A stretch of 64,000 bases of DNA from assembly GCA_963777155.1 (NCBI GenBank), contig CAVZPM010000001.1, positions 96,001 to 160,000 of the forward strand, written 5' to 3'. Both the position numbers and the translations under genes were made by a program. Numbering within the stretch: the stretch's first letter is position 1; every line of letters begins with the position of its first letter. This document shows positions 38,558-49,211 of this stretch, piece by piece. This DNA comes from Candidatus Bathyarchaeota archaeon. GTDB taxonomy: Archaea; Thermoproteota; Bathyarchaeia; Bathyarchaeales; Bathycorpusculaceae. The notes under the pieces are model-generated. The model saw nothing but the letters and a program-made list of their open reading frames with translations. It searched no databases and was not told where the DNA came from.

Positions 38558-38766
38558 ATATTGGGAAACAGATTTATTAGGAAGACAGATGTTCAGGTGT
38601 CTTCCAGTGGTATATGATGAGGGATTGCGTTCATACAAGGCGATTGCCTTCATTGAAAGCGTAATAACAGTTGGCTATTTGAAATTAGGCGCAACCCCCC
38701 GAAGACCAGTTTTGTGCAAACAAAATCCCCTTAGATACCTCTCTAAAAATTTAGGAGAAAAAAATT

Positions 38767-39769
38767 ATGGATAAAATAAAATTTGCAATCCCAAAAGGCT
38801 CCTTAGAAAAAGCAACTGCGGAGTTCTTTTCTAAATCAGGCTTTAAAATTGGCGGAACAGAACGCACATACCGCCCAACAATAAATGACCCCCAAATCGA
38901 AATGAAAGTTCTAAGACCCCAAGAAATCCCAGTTTTCGTCAATGAAGGTCTTCAAGATCTCGGCATCACAGGTGAAGACTGGGTTAAAGAAAACAAAGCA
39001 GACGTCGAAATCCTACAGAACCTCGAATATGGAAAAATCAAATTGGTTATCGCGGTTCCAAAAAGCGTTCCAGAAAAAAGTACCGTGGGTGAGTTCATGG
39101 AGTCGATTTGGAGTCAGGGTAAAAACTTCCGCATCAGCACAGAGTACCTAAACATTGCTTCTGAATACCTCAAGAACACACCTCAGTACAAGAAGCGGTT
39201 TGGTAGCACCGATCCTATGATTGTGACTCCGTGGTGGAGAAAAGGCGACAACGCAAGAGCCAAAATTTTTCTGTCGTTTGGTGCAACTGAAGCTAAACCG
39301 CCAGAAGACTCTGACTGCATAATGGACGTGACCGAAACAGGCACGACAATTGAAGCCAACAACCTGCGAATCATAGAAACCGTCCTGAAGTCGTCAGCTA
39401 TACTTATTGCCAACAAGAAAAGCCTCGAAGACCCAGAAAAACGCGAGAAAATCTACGACATAGTCGCTCTACTTAAAGGGCGTTGTAGACGGTTCAAAGA
39501 GAATCCACATATTTGTAAACGTAAAAAAAGCGAACCTTCAACGATTGTTAACTGAATTACCTGCCCTAAAGAACCCGACAATAGCACCGTTAGCCGATGA
39601 TACATGGGTTAGCGTAAACACCGTCATCGAAAAAGACTGCTTAATCGAACTTCTGCCCAAGATACGCAAACTAGCCCAAGGCTTAGTCGTTTATGAGCCG
39701 CGACAAGTGTTGGCTCTCGACGAGATAGCACGGAGAAAAGAAGGTCAATGCGCAAAGGATTCACAATAA
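38767..39769 (+). CDS. hisG: ATP phosphoribosyltransferase, long form, 1-nt insertion near 39479
   Basis: IPKGSL, LRPQEIP, DLGITG.D, GATE and DVTETGTT; the C-terminal domain (LPALKNPTIAPL) is in the +1 frame. Confidence 0.93.
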
Positions 39770-41050
39770 AAGTCTCCAACTCAAAAGAGCTATCTGCCGA
39801 CTGGTTTATGAGGCAACAGGCCGACCAAAAAGCCACTCTGGAACTCGAAAACAACGTTAAAGAAATAATAAACCAGGTAAAAACATTTGGTGATGAGGCA
39901 CTGGTTGAATACGCCCTCAAATTTGACAAAGCCGAACTATCCTCAAGAGCACTCAGAGTCAAACCCGCAGAAATCAAAGAAGCCTACACGAAAACCAACC
40001 CCCATCAAATCTCTGCCCTAAAATTCATGAAGGAAAAAGTAAGCGCCTTCCAGAAACAACTCCTCACTCAAACCGAAATAAAAACAACAAATGACGGAAT
40101 ATCTGTTCAGACTGTTCTGCGTCCAATCGAAAGTGTCGGATGCTACGTCCCAGGCGGACAAGCAGCTTATCCAAGTACACTGGTCATGACGGCGGTTCCA
40201 GCCAGAGTCGCAGGCGTTCCGCGAATTGTCGTTTGTTCGCCTTCGGACGCTAAAGGCAAAGTCAATCCATTGGTTCTTGTAGCCGCTGATATCTGTAACG
40301 TTAATGAAGTCTTCAAGATAGGTGGTGCTCAAGCCATAGCCGCGTTGGCTTATGGAACAAAAACCATAGCAGCCCGTCCGCAAAATCGTTGGTCCCGGCA
40401 ACAAATATGTGACGACTGCTAAGGTATTGGTTTCTACTGATGTTGCAATTGATATGCCTGCAGGTCCAAGTGAAGTGCTCGTTTTGGCAGATGAATCAGC
40501 CGATGCAAGGTTAATCGCTTATGACATGATTTCGCAGGCTGAGCATGGCGGCGACAGCGTGGCTGGATTGATTACAACTTCAGAGAAGCTTGCCAAAACA
40601 GTCGAGGAGAATCTTGCAAAGCTTGCTGCTTCAACGGAACGAAGCGAAAAAATCTCTGAATCACTATCGAGGTATGGTTTCATAATAGTGTGCGGTGACG
40701 TCGAAGAAATGGTCAATCTTTCTAACCAGTTTGCTCCTGAACACTTAGAAGTCATGACTGCCAATCCCAAAGAGTTAGCCGAAAAACTCGTTGCAGGCTT
40801 AATCCTCATCGGACCCTACAGCCCCGTTGCCCTAAGCGACTACGGAAGCGGAACCAACCATGTCCTACCCACAGGCGGCTTTGCTCAATCGTTTTCAGGC
40901 TTATCAGCTTTTGACTTTGTGCGACGGGTGAGCATAGTTGAAAGTAACCGAACAGGCTTAGAAAGAGTAAAGGATAGCATCAAAGTAATGACTGAGGCAG
41001 AGATGCTTCCAAACCACTCCAAAGCAATACAGGCAAGGTTTGAAAAATGA
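39748..41050 (+). CDS. hisD: Histidinol dehydrogenase, 1-nt insertion near 40370
   Basis: GCYVPGG and GGAQAIAALAYG; after the shift KIVGPGNKYV, DMPAGPSE, QAEH, APEHL and GTNHVLPT. Confidence 0.95.
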
Positions 41051-42171
41051 GTGAATCCTACAAGAACTGGCTAAAACAAAAACTCGAAAAACTCCAAGCA
41101 ATAGACTGCTACTCCGCTGGGGCAACAGTCGAAGCAGTGGCGAAGCAACTAGGTGTCACTACAAAACAGGTAATCAAGTTGGATTTCAACGAGAATCTGT
41201 TCATACCAAGAGTAAAACAAGCTAAGCTCGTGAAAGAGGTCGCTGAAGAAATTGACTTGCGATTGTACCCTGAGGATGAGGAAGCAAAACTTCGTGAGAA
41301 GCTCTCTGGTTACATGAATGTTCCAAAGGAATTCCTCGTAGTCGGCAACGCAAGTGATGAATTAATCGACCGGATCATAAGACTCTTCGTAGAAAAAGGT
41401 GACAGCGCAGTCTCGTTTACACCGACTTTTTCCATTCCAAGGCTCTGCGTTAAACGTCAAGAAGGCGAATACATCCAAGTGCCGCTCCTAAGCAATCTAC
41501 AACTGGATGTCAAGGGGATGCTGTCAAAATTCTCTGATAAAACCAGACTCCTCTACCTTTGCTCACCAAACAGCCCCACCGCGACACAGTACAGACAAGA
41601 AGATATTGAAACCTTAGCCAGAGATTTTCCAGGCATAGTCCTTTTGGATGAGGCATACGGCGAATTCGCTGATTACTCTTTTGTCCCAAGGATAAAGGAG
41701 TTTGACAACATGATTATCTTGCGGACCTTCTCCAAAGCGTTTGGTTTAGCAGGACTGCGGCTTGGTTATGCTGTTGCAAACCCTGAGTTAGCAAAGATCT
41801 TAACAGAAAAAGCCCCTCTGCCGTACCCTGTTAGTGGTTTTACCCTTAGAATGGGCGTCAAAATGTTGGATAACGTTGATTTGATGATGGAGTCTGTAAG
41901 GCAAGTAAAAAGCGAGCGGGCAAAACTGATACAGGCACTCAATGACATAGAAGGCGTGCAAGCTTTCGATTCGCAAGCCAACTTTGTGTTGATGAACACG
42001 CAAAAGCCTTGCGATTTAGTTAGCCAGAAGCTACTTTGGAAAGGCATTATGGTTAAGAAATGGGGTAAAATCCTGCAATACAACAATTGCTTCCGTGTTA
42101 CAGTTGGCTTGCCTGAAATGAATGCTAAACTAATCGAGGCATTAAAGGAAATTGAAGGGGAAGATGAATGA
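41047..42171 (+). CDS. hisC: Histidinol-phosphate aminotransferase
   Basis: NEN, YP, DEAY and RTFSKAFGLAGLRLGY. Confidence 0.95.
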   Translation: MSESYKNWLKQKLEKLQAIDCYSAGATVEAVAKQLGVTTKQVIKLDFNENLFIPRVKQAKLVKEVAEEIDLRLYPEDEEAKLREKLSGYMNVPKEFLVVGNASDELIDRIIRLFVEKGDSAVSFTPTFSIPRLCVKRQEGEYIQVPLLSNLQLDVKGMLSKFSDKTRLLYLCSPNSPTATQYRQEDIETLARDFPGIVLLDEAYGEFADYSFVPRIKEFDNMIILRTFSKAFGLAGLRLGYAVANPELAKILTEKAPLPYPVSGFTLRMGVKMLDNVDLMMESVRQVKSERAKLIQALNDIEGVQAFDSQANFVLMNTQKPCDLVSQKLLWKGIMVKKWGKILQYNNCFRVTVGLPEMNAKLIEALKEIEGEDE

Positions 42172-42743
42172 GGAAAGAAGAAGTTTACCGTAAAACCAAA
42201 GAAACCGAAGTTAAAGTCCAAGTAAACCTTGACGGAGAAGGAAAAGCCGTAGTAAACACTGCTGTGCCTTTCTTAGACCACATGCTCACTTCATTTGCTA
42301 CTCACAGCTTAATCGACATAACCGCCTCCGTAAAGGGCGACTTGATGCATCACTCAGTGGAAGACCTAGCGATAGGCTTAGGCGAAGCACTCAACAAAGC
42401 CTTAGGTACAAGGGAAGGTATCATACGATTTGGCAACGCAGCAACACCCATGGACTGCTCCCTTGCATTCGCAGCCGTCGACTTAGTAAAGCGCCCCTAC
42501 TTCAAAATTGACCTAAAACTCAAAGGCAAAAAAATTGAAGAAATGCCAACAGAAGACATCAACCACTTCCTTGAATCACTCGCTTCCGCACTTCAAGCAA
42601 ACGTCCACGTCTTCATTGAATACGGCAGCAACGACCACCACAAAGTCGAAGCCGCTATCAAAGCCCTTGCACTATCCTTACGACAAGCTGTAGCAATAGA
42701 CCCCCGCCGAAAGGGTGTCCCCAGTTCCAAGGGAGTCATCTAA
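42168..42743 (+). CDS. hisB: Imidazoleglycerol-phosphate dehydratase
   Basis: RKTKET, FLDHML, HHSVED, NDHH.VEA and PSSKG. Confidence 0.96.
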   Translation: MRKEEVYRKTKETEVKVQVNLDGEGKAVVNTAVPFLDHMLTSFATHSLIDITASVKGDLMHHSVEDLAIGLGEALNKALGTREGIIRFGNAATPMDCSLAFAAVDLVKRPYFKIDLKLKGKKIEEMPTEDINHFLESLASALQANVHVFIEYGSNDHHKVEAAIKALALSLRQAVAIDPRRKGVPSSKGVI

Positions 42744-43348
42744 TGCCCCATGCAGTCATATTCGACTACGGCGTAGGAAATCTCCTAAGCTTAAAAACTG
42801 CGCTGGAAAAAGCAGGCTTAACTGCAACGATCGGCACCACAGCAAAAGACTTGGATAAAGCAGACGCCATCGCGTTGCCTGGTGTGGGAAGCTTCACTGC
42901 AGCTTCAGGAAAACTTGACTTAGTCAAAGACACCCTCCAAACAAAGATCAAAGACGGCACACCACTCCTTGGCATCTGCTTAGGTTTGCAACTCTTCTTT
43001 GAGACAAGCGAAGAAGGTCCTGGCGAAGGCTTAGCACTATTCAAAGGCAAAAACGTTCAGTTACCTAACACTGTTAAAGTTCCCCACATGGGCTGGAACA
43101 CAATAAACATCGCAAAACCAAATGAGCTCTTCGACGGCATCGCTGAAGGTACATTTGTTTACTTCGTACATTCACTCTACCCAGTGCCAAAAGATAAAAA
43201 AATTATCTGCACAACAACAGAGTACGGAACAACCTTCACCTCCTCCGTTGTAAATAAAAACATCTATGGCACCCAGTTCCACCCAGAAAAATCAGGCGAC
43301 GTGGGGATTAAGATCCTAAAAAACTTCGTAAAGACCGTAGTTAAGTGA
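42743..43348 (+). CDS. hisH: Imidazole glycerol phosphate synthase, glutaminase subunit
   Basis: DYGVGN, LPGVG, GICLG, PHMGWN and QFHPEKS. Confidence 0.96.
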   Translation: MPHAVIFDYGVGNLLSLKTALEKAGLTATIGTTAKDLDKADAIALPGVGSFTAASGKLDLVKDTLQTKIKDGTPLLGICLGLQLFFETSEEGPGEGLALFKGKNVQLPNTVKVPHMGWNTINIAKPNELFDGIAEGTFVYFVHSLYPVPKDKKIICTTTEYGTTFTSSVVNKNIYGTQFHPEKSGDVGIKILKNFVKTVVK

Positions 43349-43353
43349 TTAAT

Positions 43354-44079
43354 ATGCAGTTGATTCCAGCAATCGATTTGATGAACGGCAAAATCGTCCG
43401 GTTAACCCGTGGCGAAGCCAAAACCGCTAAATTCTACGAAGGCAAATTCGGCACTCCAGTTGAAGCTGCACAGCGTTGGCGAGATGAAGGCGCAAGTAAG
43501 TTGCACATTATCGATTTAGATGCAGCTTTTGGGATTGGCAATAACCACTCAGTCATCGCTGAAGTTGCGAAAAATGTTAATTTACCAATTCAAGTTGGTG
43601 GCGGAATACGCAGTTACGAAACAGCGGAAAAACTCTTCCAAACAGGCATTACCCAAGTGATACTGGGCGCTTTAGCTTTCAGTGATTCATCAGCAATCGG
43701 AAAAATCCAAAAGAAGTTTGGTCTTGACTCAGCAATCGTTGCATTAGATAACAAGGAAGGGCTCATTATGGTTGAAGGCTGGAAAACCGAGACCGCCATG
43801 ACAGTGGATGATGCACTTGAAAAATACACTACTATGGGTGTTCGCAATTTCCTAATAACTTCTATTGCTCAAGACGGCATGCTTAACGGTCCAGATCTGC
43901 AAACTCTGATTGAAGCAACCCAATTCCCCAACGCTAAAATCATCGCGGCAGGCGGAATCGGCAGCATAGGCGATTTGGCGGCTCTCAAAGAAATCGGGGT
44001 GGAAGGAGCTGTCATCGGGAAAGCCCTTTATGAGGGACGCTTCACGTTAAAGGAAGCCATACAAAAAATTGGAGCCTAA
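43354..44079 (+). CDS. hisA: ProFAR isomerase
   Basis: IPAIDL..GKIVRL..G, HIIDLDAA, QVGGGIR and GKALYEG. Confidence 0.96.
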   Translation: MQLIPAIDLMNGKIVRLTRGEAKTAKFYEGKFGTPVEAAQRWRDEGASKLHIIDLDAAFGIGNNHSVIAEVAKNVNLPIQVGGGIRSYETAEKLFQTGITQVILGALAFSDSSAIGKIQKKFGLDSAIVALDNKEGLIMVEGWKTETAMTVDDALEKYTTMGVRNFLITSIAQDGMLNGPDLQTLIEATQFPNAKIIAAGGIGSIGDLAALKEIGVEGAVIGKALYEGRFTLKEAIQKIGA

Positions 44080-44083
44080 AAAA

Positions 44084-44887
44084 ATGCCGCTAGCAAAACG
44101 TATCATTCCTTGCCTTGATGTTGACCACGGCAAAGTCGTCAAATGCATCAATTTCCTTAACCCAAAGTGTGCAGGCGACCCTGTCGAGATGGCCAAACAA
44201 TACTCTGACCAAGGCGCAGACGAGCTGGTCTTTCTTGACATCACCGCTTCCTCAGAAAAACGCGATATCTTACGAGGTGTTGTTGAAGGTGTCGCTAAAG
44301 CAATCAGTATTCCCTTTACTGTCGGAGGAGGGGTTCGAAATGTGTCGGATGCAAGGCTGGTTTTGTGTAGTGGTGCAGATAAAGTGTCGGTTAATACGGC
44401 GGCTGTGGAAAATCCTAAAGTAATTACCGAACTCGCCGACGTTTTTGGCCGACAGTGTGTGGTTTGTGCTATTGATGCGCGAAGAAATCGTGAGCCAAGT
44501 GAGGGAAAAATCATGGTTGACACAACTGAAGGGGAATTGTGGTTTGAAGTTGTAACTTATGGAGGGCGCAAGCCAACAGGCATTGACGCTTTAGCGTGGG
44601 CAAAGCAGGCGGAGCGACTTGGTGCAGGCGAGTTTTTAGTAACCTCTATGGACCGTGATGGCACAAAGGACGGCTACGATATTGAATTAACCCGCTCAAT
44701 CTCTGAACGTGTGAACGTGCCAATCATTGCAAGCGGCGGCGCTGGGGAACCTAAACACTTGCTTGACGTCTTCACCGAGGGAAAAGCCGACGCGGCATTG
44801 GCAGCCTCTATATTCCACTACAAACAGTACCCCGTTCCAGTCGTAAAAGATTACCTTCGAAAGATGGGGGTGACTATCAGACAATGA
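44084..44887 (+). CDS. hisF: Imidazole glycerol phosphate synthase, cyclase subunit
   Basis: [27 protein letters not shown] and ALAASIFH. Confidence 0.97.
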   Translation: MPLAKRIIPCLDVDHGKVVKCINFLNPKCAGDPVEMAKQYSDQGADELVFLDITASSEKRDILRGVVEGVAKAISIPFTVGGGVRNVSDARLVLCSGADKVSVNTAAVENPKVITELADVFGRQCVVCAIDARRNREPSEGKIMVDTTEGELWFEVVTYGGRKPTGIDALAWAKQAERLGAGEFLVTSMDRDGTKDGYDIELTRSISERVNVPIIASGGAGEPKHLLDVFTEGKADAALAASIFHYKQYPVPVVKDYLRKMGVTIRQ

Positions 44888-45231
44888 CAACCAACGAATT
44901 AGTTGAAAAACTTGATTTCAAGAAAGGCAATGGACTCATACCCGTCATAGTGCAAGACGCAAAAACCAAAGAAGTACTAATGCAAGCCTATGCCAACCGC
45001 CAAGCCGTCGAACATACACTCAAAACGGGTAAAGGAACATATTGGAGCCGCAGCAGAAACGAACTCTGGGTAAAAGGCGAAACCTCAGGACACACTCAAA
45101 AAATCGTGTCAGTCTCAACCGACTGCGACTACGACTCGCTTCTCTACGTGGTTGAACAGACAGGTCCCGCATGTCACACAGGTGAATACAGTTGCTTCTA
45201 CAACACACTGCTACAAATAAAAAAACCATAA
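44884..45231 (+). CDS. hisI: Phosphoribosyl-AMP cyclohydrolase
   Basis: YWSRSR..LW.KGETSG, DCD.D and ACHTG..SCF. Confidence 0.96.
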   Translation: MTTNELVEKLDFKKGNGLIPVIVQDAKTKEVLMQAYANRQAVEHTLKTGKGTYWSRSRNELWVKGETSGHTQKIVSVSTDCDYDSLLYVVEQTGPACHTGEYSCFYNTLLQIKKP

Positions 45232-45613
45232 TTTCTTTAAGTTTACACTAATAGTAGGGCTTGTTTTAGGCTTCAATGCTTGCAGGTTGCATATTAAAAG
45301 TTCCACAAAGTCTTTGGAAAGGAGAGTTTTCTTGTTTTAGTTGTTGTAGTGAGTGTTTTCTGTGCGCAACTTCTTTTTCTGGTTGTGATTTGGGTTTTGT
45401 TTTTGGATTGGGTTGTGGTTTGGGGTTTGTTGGGTTGAAGTAGTGGATGTGGAAGCCTTTTTTCAATGTTGGTTGTAGCAGTTTGGAGGTTGCTTGTGGC
45501 ACCGCGCCCATGGGTTGTGGTTGATAATAAACAAGTCTCTTTGGCAAGCTATTATGCTCAATCCTTTTAAAGAAAAACTTCCTTTTCTATTAATGTCGGA
45601 GATTGTGAGGCTA

Positions 45614-46669
45614 ATGTCCCTTCATGAAGCCATGCTTTACGAGAAGCAACCTGAAGGCAAAGTAAAGTGTTGTCTGTGTGCAAGGCGCTGCTTAATCAGC
45701 GACGATTCAACCGGCTTTTGCATGGTCCGAAAAAACCAAGGCGGAACACTCTACACCCTAAACTACGGAAAAGCCGTATCCGCAGGCGTAGACCCAATAG
45801 GCAAGAAACCGCTCTCACACTTCAACCCTGGTGCATTGGTCATGTCGGTTGCTGCGGCTGGTTGCAATTTCCGTTGCCAATTCTGCGACAACTGGATGAT
45901 AAGCCAGGACCACGAAGTCGAAGGAAACTCCTTTCCACCAGAGGAAGTCGTAAAGTCAGCCAAAAACGCAGGCTGCCAAGGTATCAGTTACACCTACACC
46001 GAACCCACCATCTTCATGGAGTACGCATACGATAGCGCTAAACTTGCGCGCGAAGCAGGCTTATTTAATACCTTTGTAAGCAACGGCTACATGACTCCTG
46101 AAGCCGTCAAAACCATTGCGCCATACTTGGATGCGGCAACCATCGATTTTAAGGGCGGTGGAGACCCTGACTTCTACAAATCCTTCATGTCAGTGCCAAG
46201 CGTGGAACCAATATACGAAACCCTAAAAGAACTCAAACTTGGTGGGGTCCACGTTGAAATTACTAATCTGGTTGTTCCCAAGATAGGTGATTCCATGGAT
46301 AGAATCCGTGATATGGCTATGTGGATTAAGAACTACTTAGGACCCGATACTCCCTTCCATCTCTTACGTTTCCATCCTGAGTACAAATTAACGACGACTT
46401 CGGCGACAAGTGTGCAGGATATGGAAAGAGCTTACTTGACTGCAAAAAACCAGGGATTAAACTATGTTTACCTTGGAAACGTGTCCGGACACCCTGGAGA
46501 GAATACATATTGCCCCAACTGCGACACAACCGTCATAAAACGCAACAGCTTCGACATAACCAATTGGAACCTAACCAGCGATATGAAATGCCCCGTCTGT
46601 GGACAAGCAATCCCCATAAAAGGCAAACTATATCAAAACAGCCAACGCTTCCCATATGCCCTCTTCTAG
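45614..46669 (+). CDS. amrS: AmmeMemoRadiSam-system radical SAM enzyme
   Basis: C.LC.R.C, DPIGKKPLSHF.PG, GCNFRCQFCDNW.ISQ, YTYTEP and C-terminal CxxC pairs. Confidence 0.9.
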   Translation: MSLHEAMLYEKQPEGKVKCCLCARRCLISDDSTGFCMVRKNQGGTLYTLNYGKAVSAGVDPIGKKPLSHFNPGALVMSVAAAGCNFRCQFCDNWMISQDHEVEGNSFPPEEVVKSAKNAGCQGISYTYTEPTIFMEYAYDSAKLAREAGLFNTFVSNGYMTPEAVKTIAPYLDAATIDFKGGGDPDFYKSFMSVPSVEPIYETLKELKLGGVHVEITNLVVPKIGDSMDRIRDMAMWIKNYLGPDTPFHLLRFHPEYKLTTTSATSVQDMERAYLTAKNQGLNYVYLGNVSGHPGENTYCPNCDTTVIKRNSFDITNWNLTSDMKCPVCGQAIPIKGKLYQNSQRFPYALF

Positions 46670-46762
46670 CCCAAACACAGCAACCGCTAAAGAGCCAAAG
46701 TCTTTAGCTTAAGCCTTTATTAGGAATAAACCCAAACTGTGCAGTTGTAGCGTGCCCAATCA

Positions 46763-47602
46763 ATGACCAAGTACAACGCATTGGCGGTTTCAACCAATTA
46801 CTGGAAACCCCACAGCAACTACACAGACAAAATCATAAACGCCATTAAAGACAAGGTTGAAAACGGCGACTTTGTTGTAGTTTCTGAAAAAGCAATTTCG
46901 ACTGCTTTGAATAACATGATTGATGAAAGCACAATTAAACCCAGATTAGTAGCGAGGGTTTTAGCGCGTTTTTGGATGCGGCTCATCTGGGGTTATCCGC
47001 TTGGAATTCTATGCGGCTTTGGGCAACGACTGCTAAAGCGATTGAGAAATTACCCTTTGGAGTCTGGAAGCCGCCACAAACAAGTCGCCCTGCAGTATGC
47101 TGGTTTCTGGCAGGCACTCATGTTCGGGTCAGAAGGCGGAATCGACGGCTCAAACCTAGCTTACTCATACGTCAGCCTACCCTTGGTTAATACGGACAAG
47201 TTAGGACAGAACATCCAAAACCAAATCCGGCATCAACTCCAGAAAAATGTATGCGTCATCATCGCCGACACCGACAAAACCTACAAATTGCGAAGCTTCT
47301 TTTTTACCCCAAGACCTAACCCGCTTAAAGGTATCCATTCACTTGGCTCGGGTAGCTACCTTGTAGGCAGATTTTTTAAATTTAAAAAGAGTTCAACCCC
47401 TCTTACTGTTTCTGGTTGTAGCCTCTCGGCAAGTGAAGCGCTAAAAATCACCAACATCGCCGACAAAGCCCGTGGTCCAGGTTCTGGCGCTACGGTTTGG
47501 GATATGGCGGCAAGGTTCAAGGTTAATGTTGATGATGTTAGTTGGGAGATGCTTGAGACAATCGGGCACAAACCCATTGTGATCGTAAGAAAAATATGCT
47601 GA
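46763..47602 (+). CDS. F420-0:gamma-glutamyl ligase-like protein (CofE-like family)
   Basis: VVVSEKAIS, GGIDGSN and IIADTD motifs. Confidence 0.7.
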   Translation: MTKYNALAVSTNYWKPHSNYTDKIINAIKDKVENGDFVVVSEKAISTALNNMIDESTIKPRLVARVLARFWMRLIWGYPLGILCGFGQRLLKRLRNYPLESGSRHKQVALQYAGFWQALMFGSEGGIDGSNLAYSYVSLPLVNTDKLGQNIQNQIRHQLQKNVCVIIADTDKTYKLRSFFFTPRPNPLKGIHSLGSGSYLVGRFFKFKKSSTPLTVSGCSLSASEALKITNIADKARGPGSGATVWDMAARFKVNVDDVSWEMLETIGHKPIVIVRKIC

Positions 47603-47711
47603 GAAGGTTAATACGGCACAAAACAAATACTCGTTAGACAGAAAACCCTTCTTTAAGAGCAATAGATAAAAACTGGGTTTGCAAGCACATAGCGGAAAGA
47701 CGGGATAGAAT

Positions 47712-49211
47712 ATGGAAGAAACACTTCAAAAGATGGATGCGTTCTTTAACCCTCGTTCAGTCGCAGTTATCGGTGCAACAAAAAAAGTCGACAAAGCAGG
47801 TCACGTAATCTTCAAGAACTTTGCCACCAACAAAGAACGGGGCGTCTTTAAAGGTGAACTCTACCCAGTTAACCCCGGCGAAGACTCGATTTTGGGCTTC
47901 AAATGCTACAAAAACCTCTGCAAAGTTCCGGGAGAAATCGAATTAATCGTTGTTATCGTTCCAGCAACAGTTGTTCCATCGGTGATGGAAGAAGCCGCAG
48001 CCAAAAAGGTCAAAACCGCCATCATCATCAGCTCGGGTTTCAAAGAAGTTGGCAACAAGGAACTTGAAGACCAAGTGACTGCCATCGCGGCGAAAGCTGG
48101 AATCCGCGTTTTGGGACCCAACTGCTTAGGCGTTTACTATTCCAAAACAGGCATAGACACCCTGTTTCTGCCAGAAACCAAAGTCCTCACCACAGGTGAA
48201 GACGTTATCGCAACACCCCGTCCCTTGCCAGGCAACATCGCCATGATTACCCAAAGTGGCGCCTTCGGAGTCGCCGCATTAGACTACTTGACTGGGCGAC
48301 AGATGGGTGTTAGTAAATTCGTTAGTTTCGGAAACAAATGTGACGTCACCGAATCCGACATACTCCACTACCTACTCCACGACAAAGAAACCAAAGTCAT
48401 CCTCGTCTATCTAGAAGATGTTAAGGATGGACGGGAATTCCTCAAAATAGCAAAGAAAGTTACTTGCAAAAAACCCATTGTCATAATCAAGTCGGGCAGA
48501 AGCGCTGCTGGAGCAAGAGCAGCAGCATCCCACACTGGCGCCATTGCAGGCTCAGACAAAATCTATGATGCGGCCTTCGAGCAGGGCGGAATTATCAGAG
48601 CGCGAGATATGGAAGAGTTCTTCGACATCGGCAAAGCCTTGGCGATGCAGCCGCCAGCTATGGGTAAAAACATCGGCATCTTAACCGATGCAGGTGGACC
48701 CGGAGTCATGACCGTTGACGAATGTGAAGCCTTAGGGTTAACGGTGGACCGCTTCTCCGAGGAAACCTTGCAGAAATTTCAAGAACTAAAAGACCAAAAT
48801 ATCATACTAAAGATCGCAGCCACCTCAAATCCTGTAGACCTCACAGGTTCAGTGATTGATGACATGTTTGTTATGGCTGGTGATCTAATTTTCCAGGATC
48901 CGACAGTCTATGGCATAATTCTTCTCGGGCTTCACCACATGCCTGGGCTCCGTGAAGTGTACATCGACGGTATAGTGAAAATCGCCGAATGCTATACTAA
49001 GCCTATCGTAATGTGCGACATCGGCGAAACAGAAATGGCCCTCTATACTCGTGCACGTTTCGACAAGCTTGGTGTTCCCTCGTTTTCATCGCCTGAGGAT
49101 GCGGCTCGCGCTATGAAAGCATTGGCAAAATATGGCTCTTACCTCAAAAAATCTGGCTGCGCAGACGAATATATGGAAGCGTTCAAAAAATCAAGAAGCC
49201 TTAAACGTTAA
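47712..49211 (+). CDS. acdA: ADP-forming acyl-CoA synthetase, alpha subunit
   Basis: PRSVAVIGA, GPNCLG, QSGA, AAASHTGA (phospho-His) and NPVDLTG. Confidence 0.93.
   Translation: MEETLQKMDAFFNPRSVAVIGATKKVDKAGHVIFKNFATNKERGVFKGELYPVNPGEDSILGFKCYKNLCKVPGEIELIVVIVPATVVPSVMEEAAAKKVKTAIIISSGFKEVGNKELEDQVTAIAAKAGIRVLGPNCLGVYYSKTGIDTLFLPETKVLTTGEDVIATPRPLPGNIAMITQSGAFGVAALDYLTGRQMGVSKFVSFGNKCDVTESDILHYLLHDKETKVILVYLEDVKDGREFLKIAKKVTCKKPIVIIKSGRSAAGARAAASHTGAIAGSDKIYDAAFEQGGIIRARDMEEFFDIGKALAMQPPAMGKNIGILTDAGGPGVMTVDECEALGLTVDRFSEETLQKFQELKDQNIILKIAATSNPVDLTGSVIDDMFVMAGDLIFQDPTVYGIILLGLHHMPGLREVYIDGIVKIAECYTKPIVMCDIGETEMALYTRARFDKLGVPSFSSPEDAARAMKALAKYGSYLKKSGCADEYMEAFKKSRSLKR

Noticed and set aside
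38614-38620. ATGATGA as the C box of a C/D sRNA
   Set aside because: No suitably placed CTGA D box was found downstream.
38589-38774. 61-aa ORF upstream of hisG as a real protein
   Set aside because: No recognisable features and no His codons; the region is better treated as a leader.
39470-40380. Programmed frameshifting in hisG and hisD
   Set aside because: There is no shared slippery sequence or stimulatory structure, and the same defect occurs in unrelated genes, so assembly error is more parsimonious.
45614-46669. Pyruvate formate-lyase activase call
   Set aside because: The motifs fit the AmmeMemoRadiSam radical SAM family, and no glycyl-radical enzyme is nearby.
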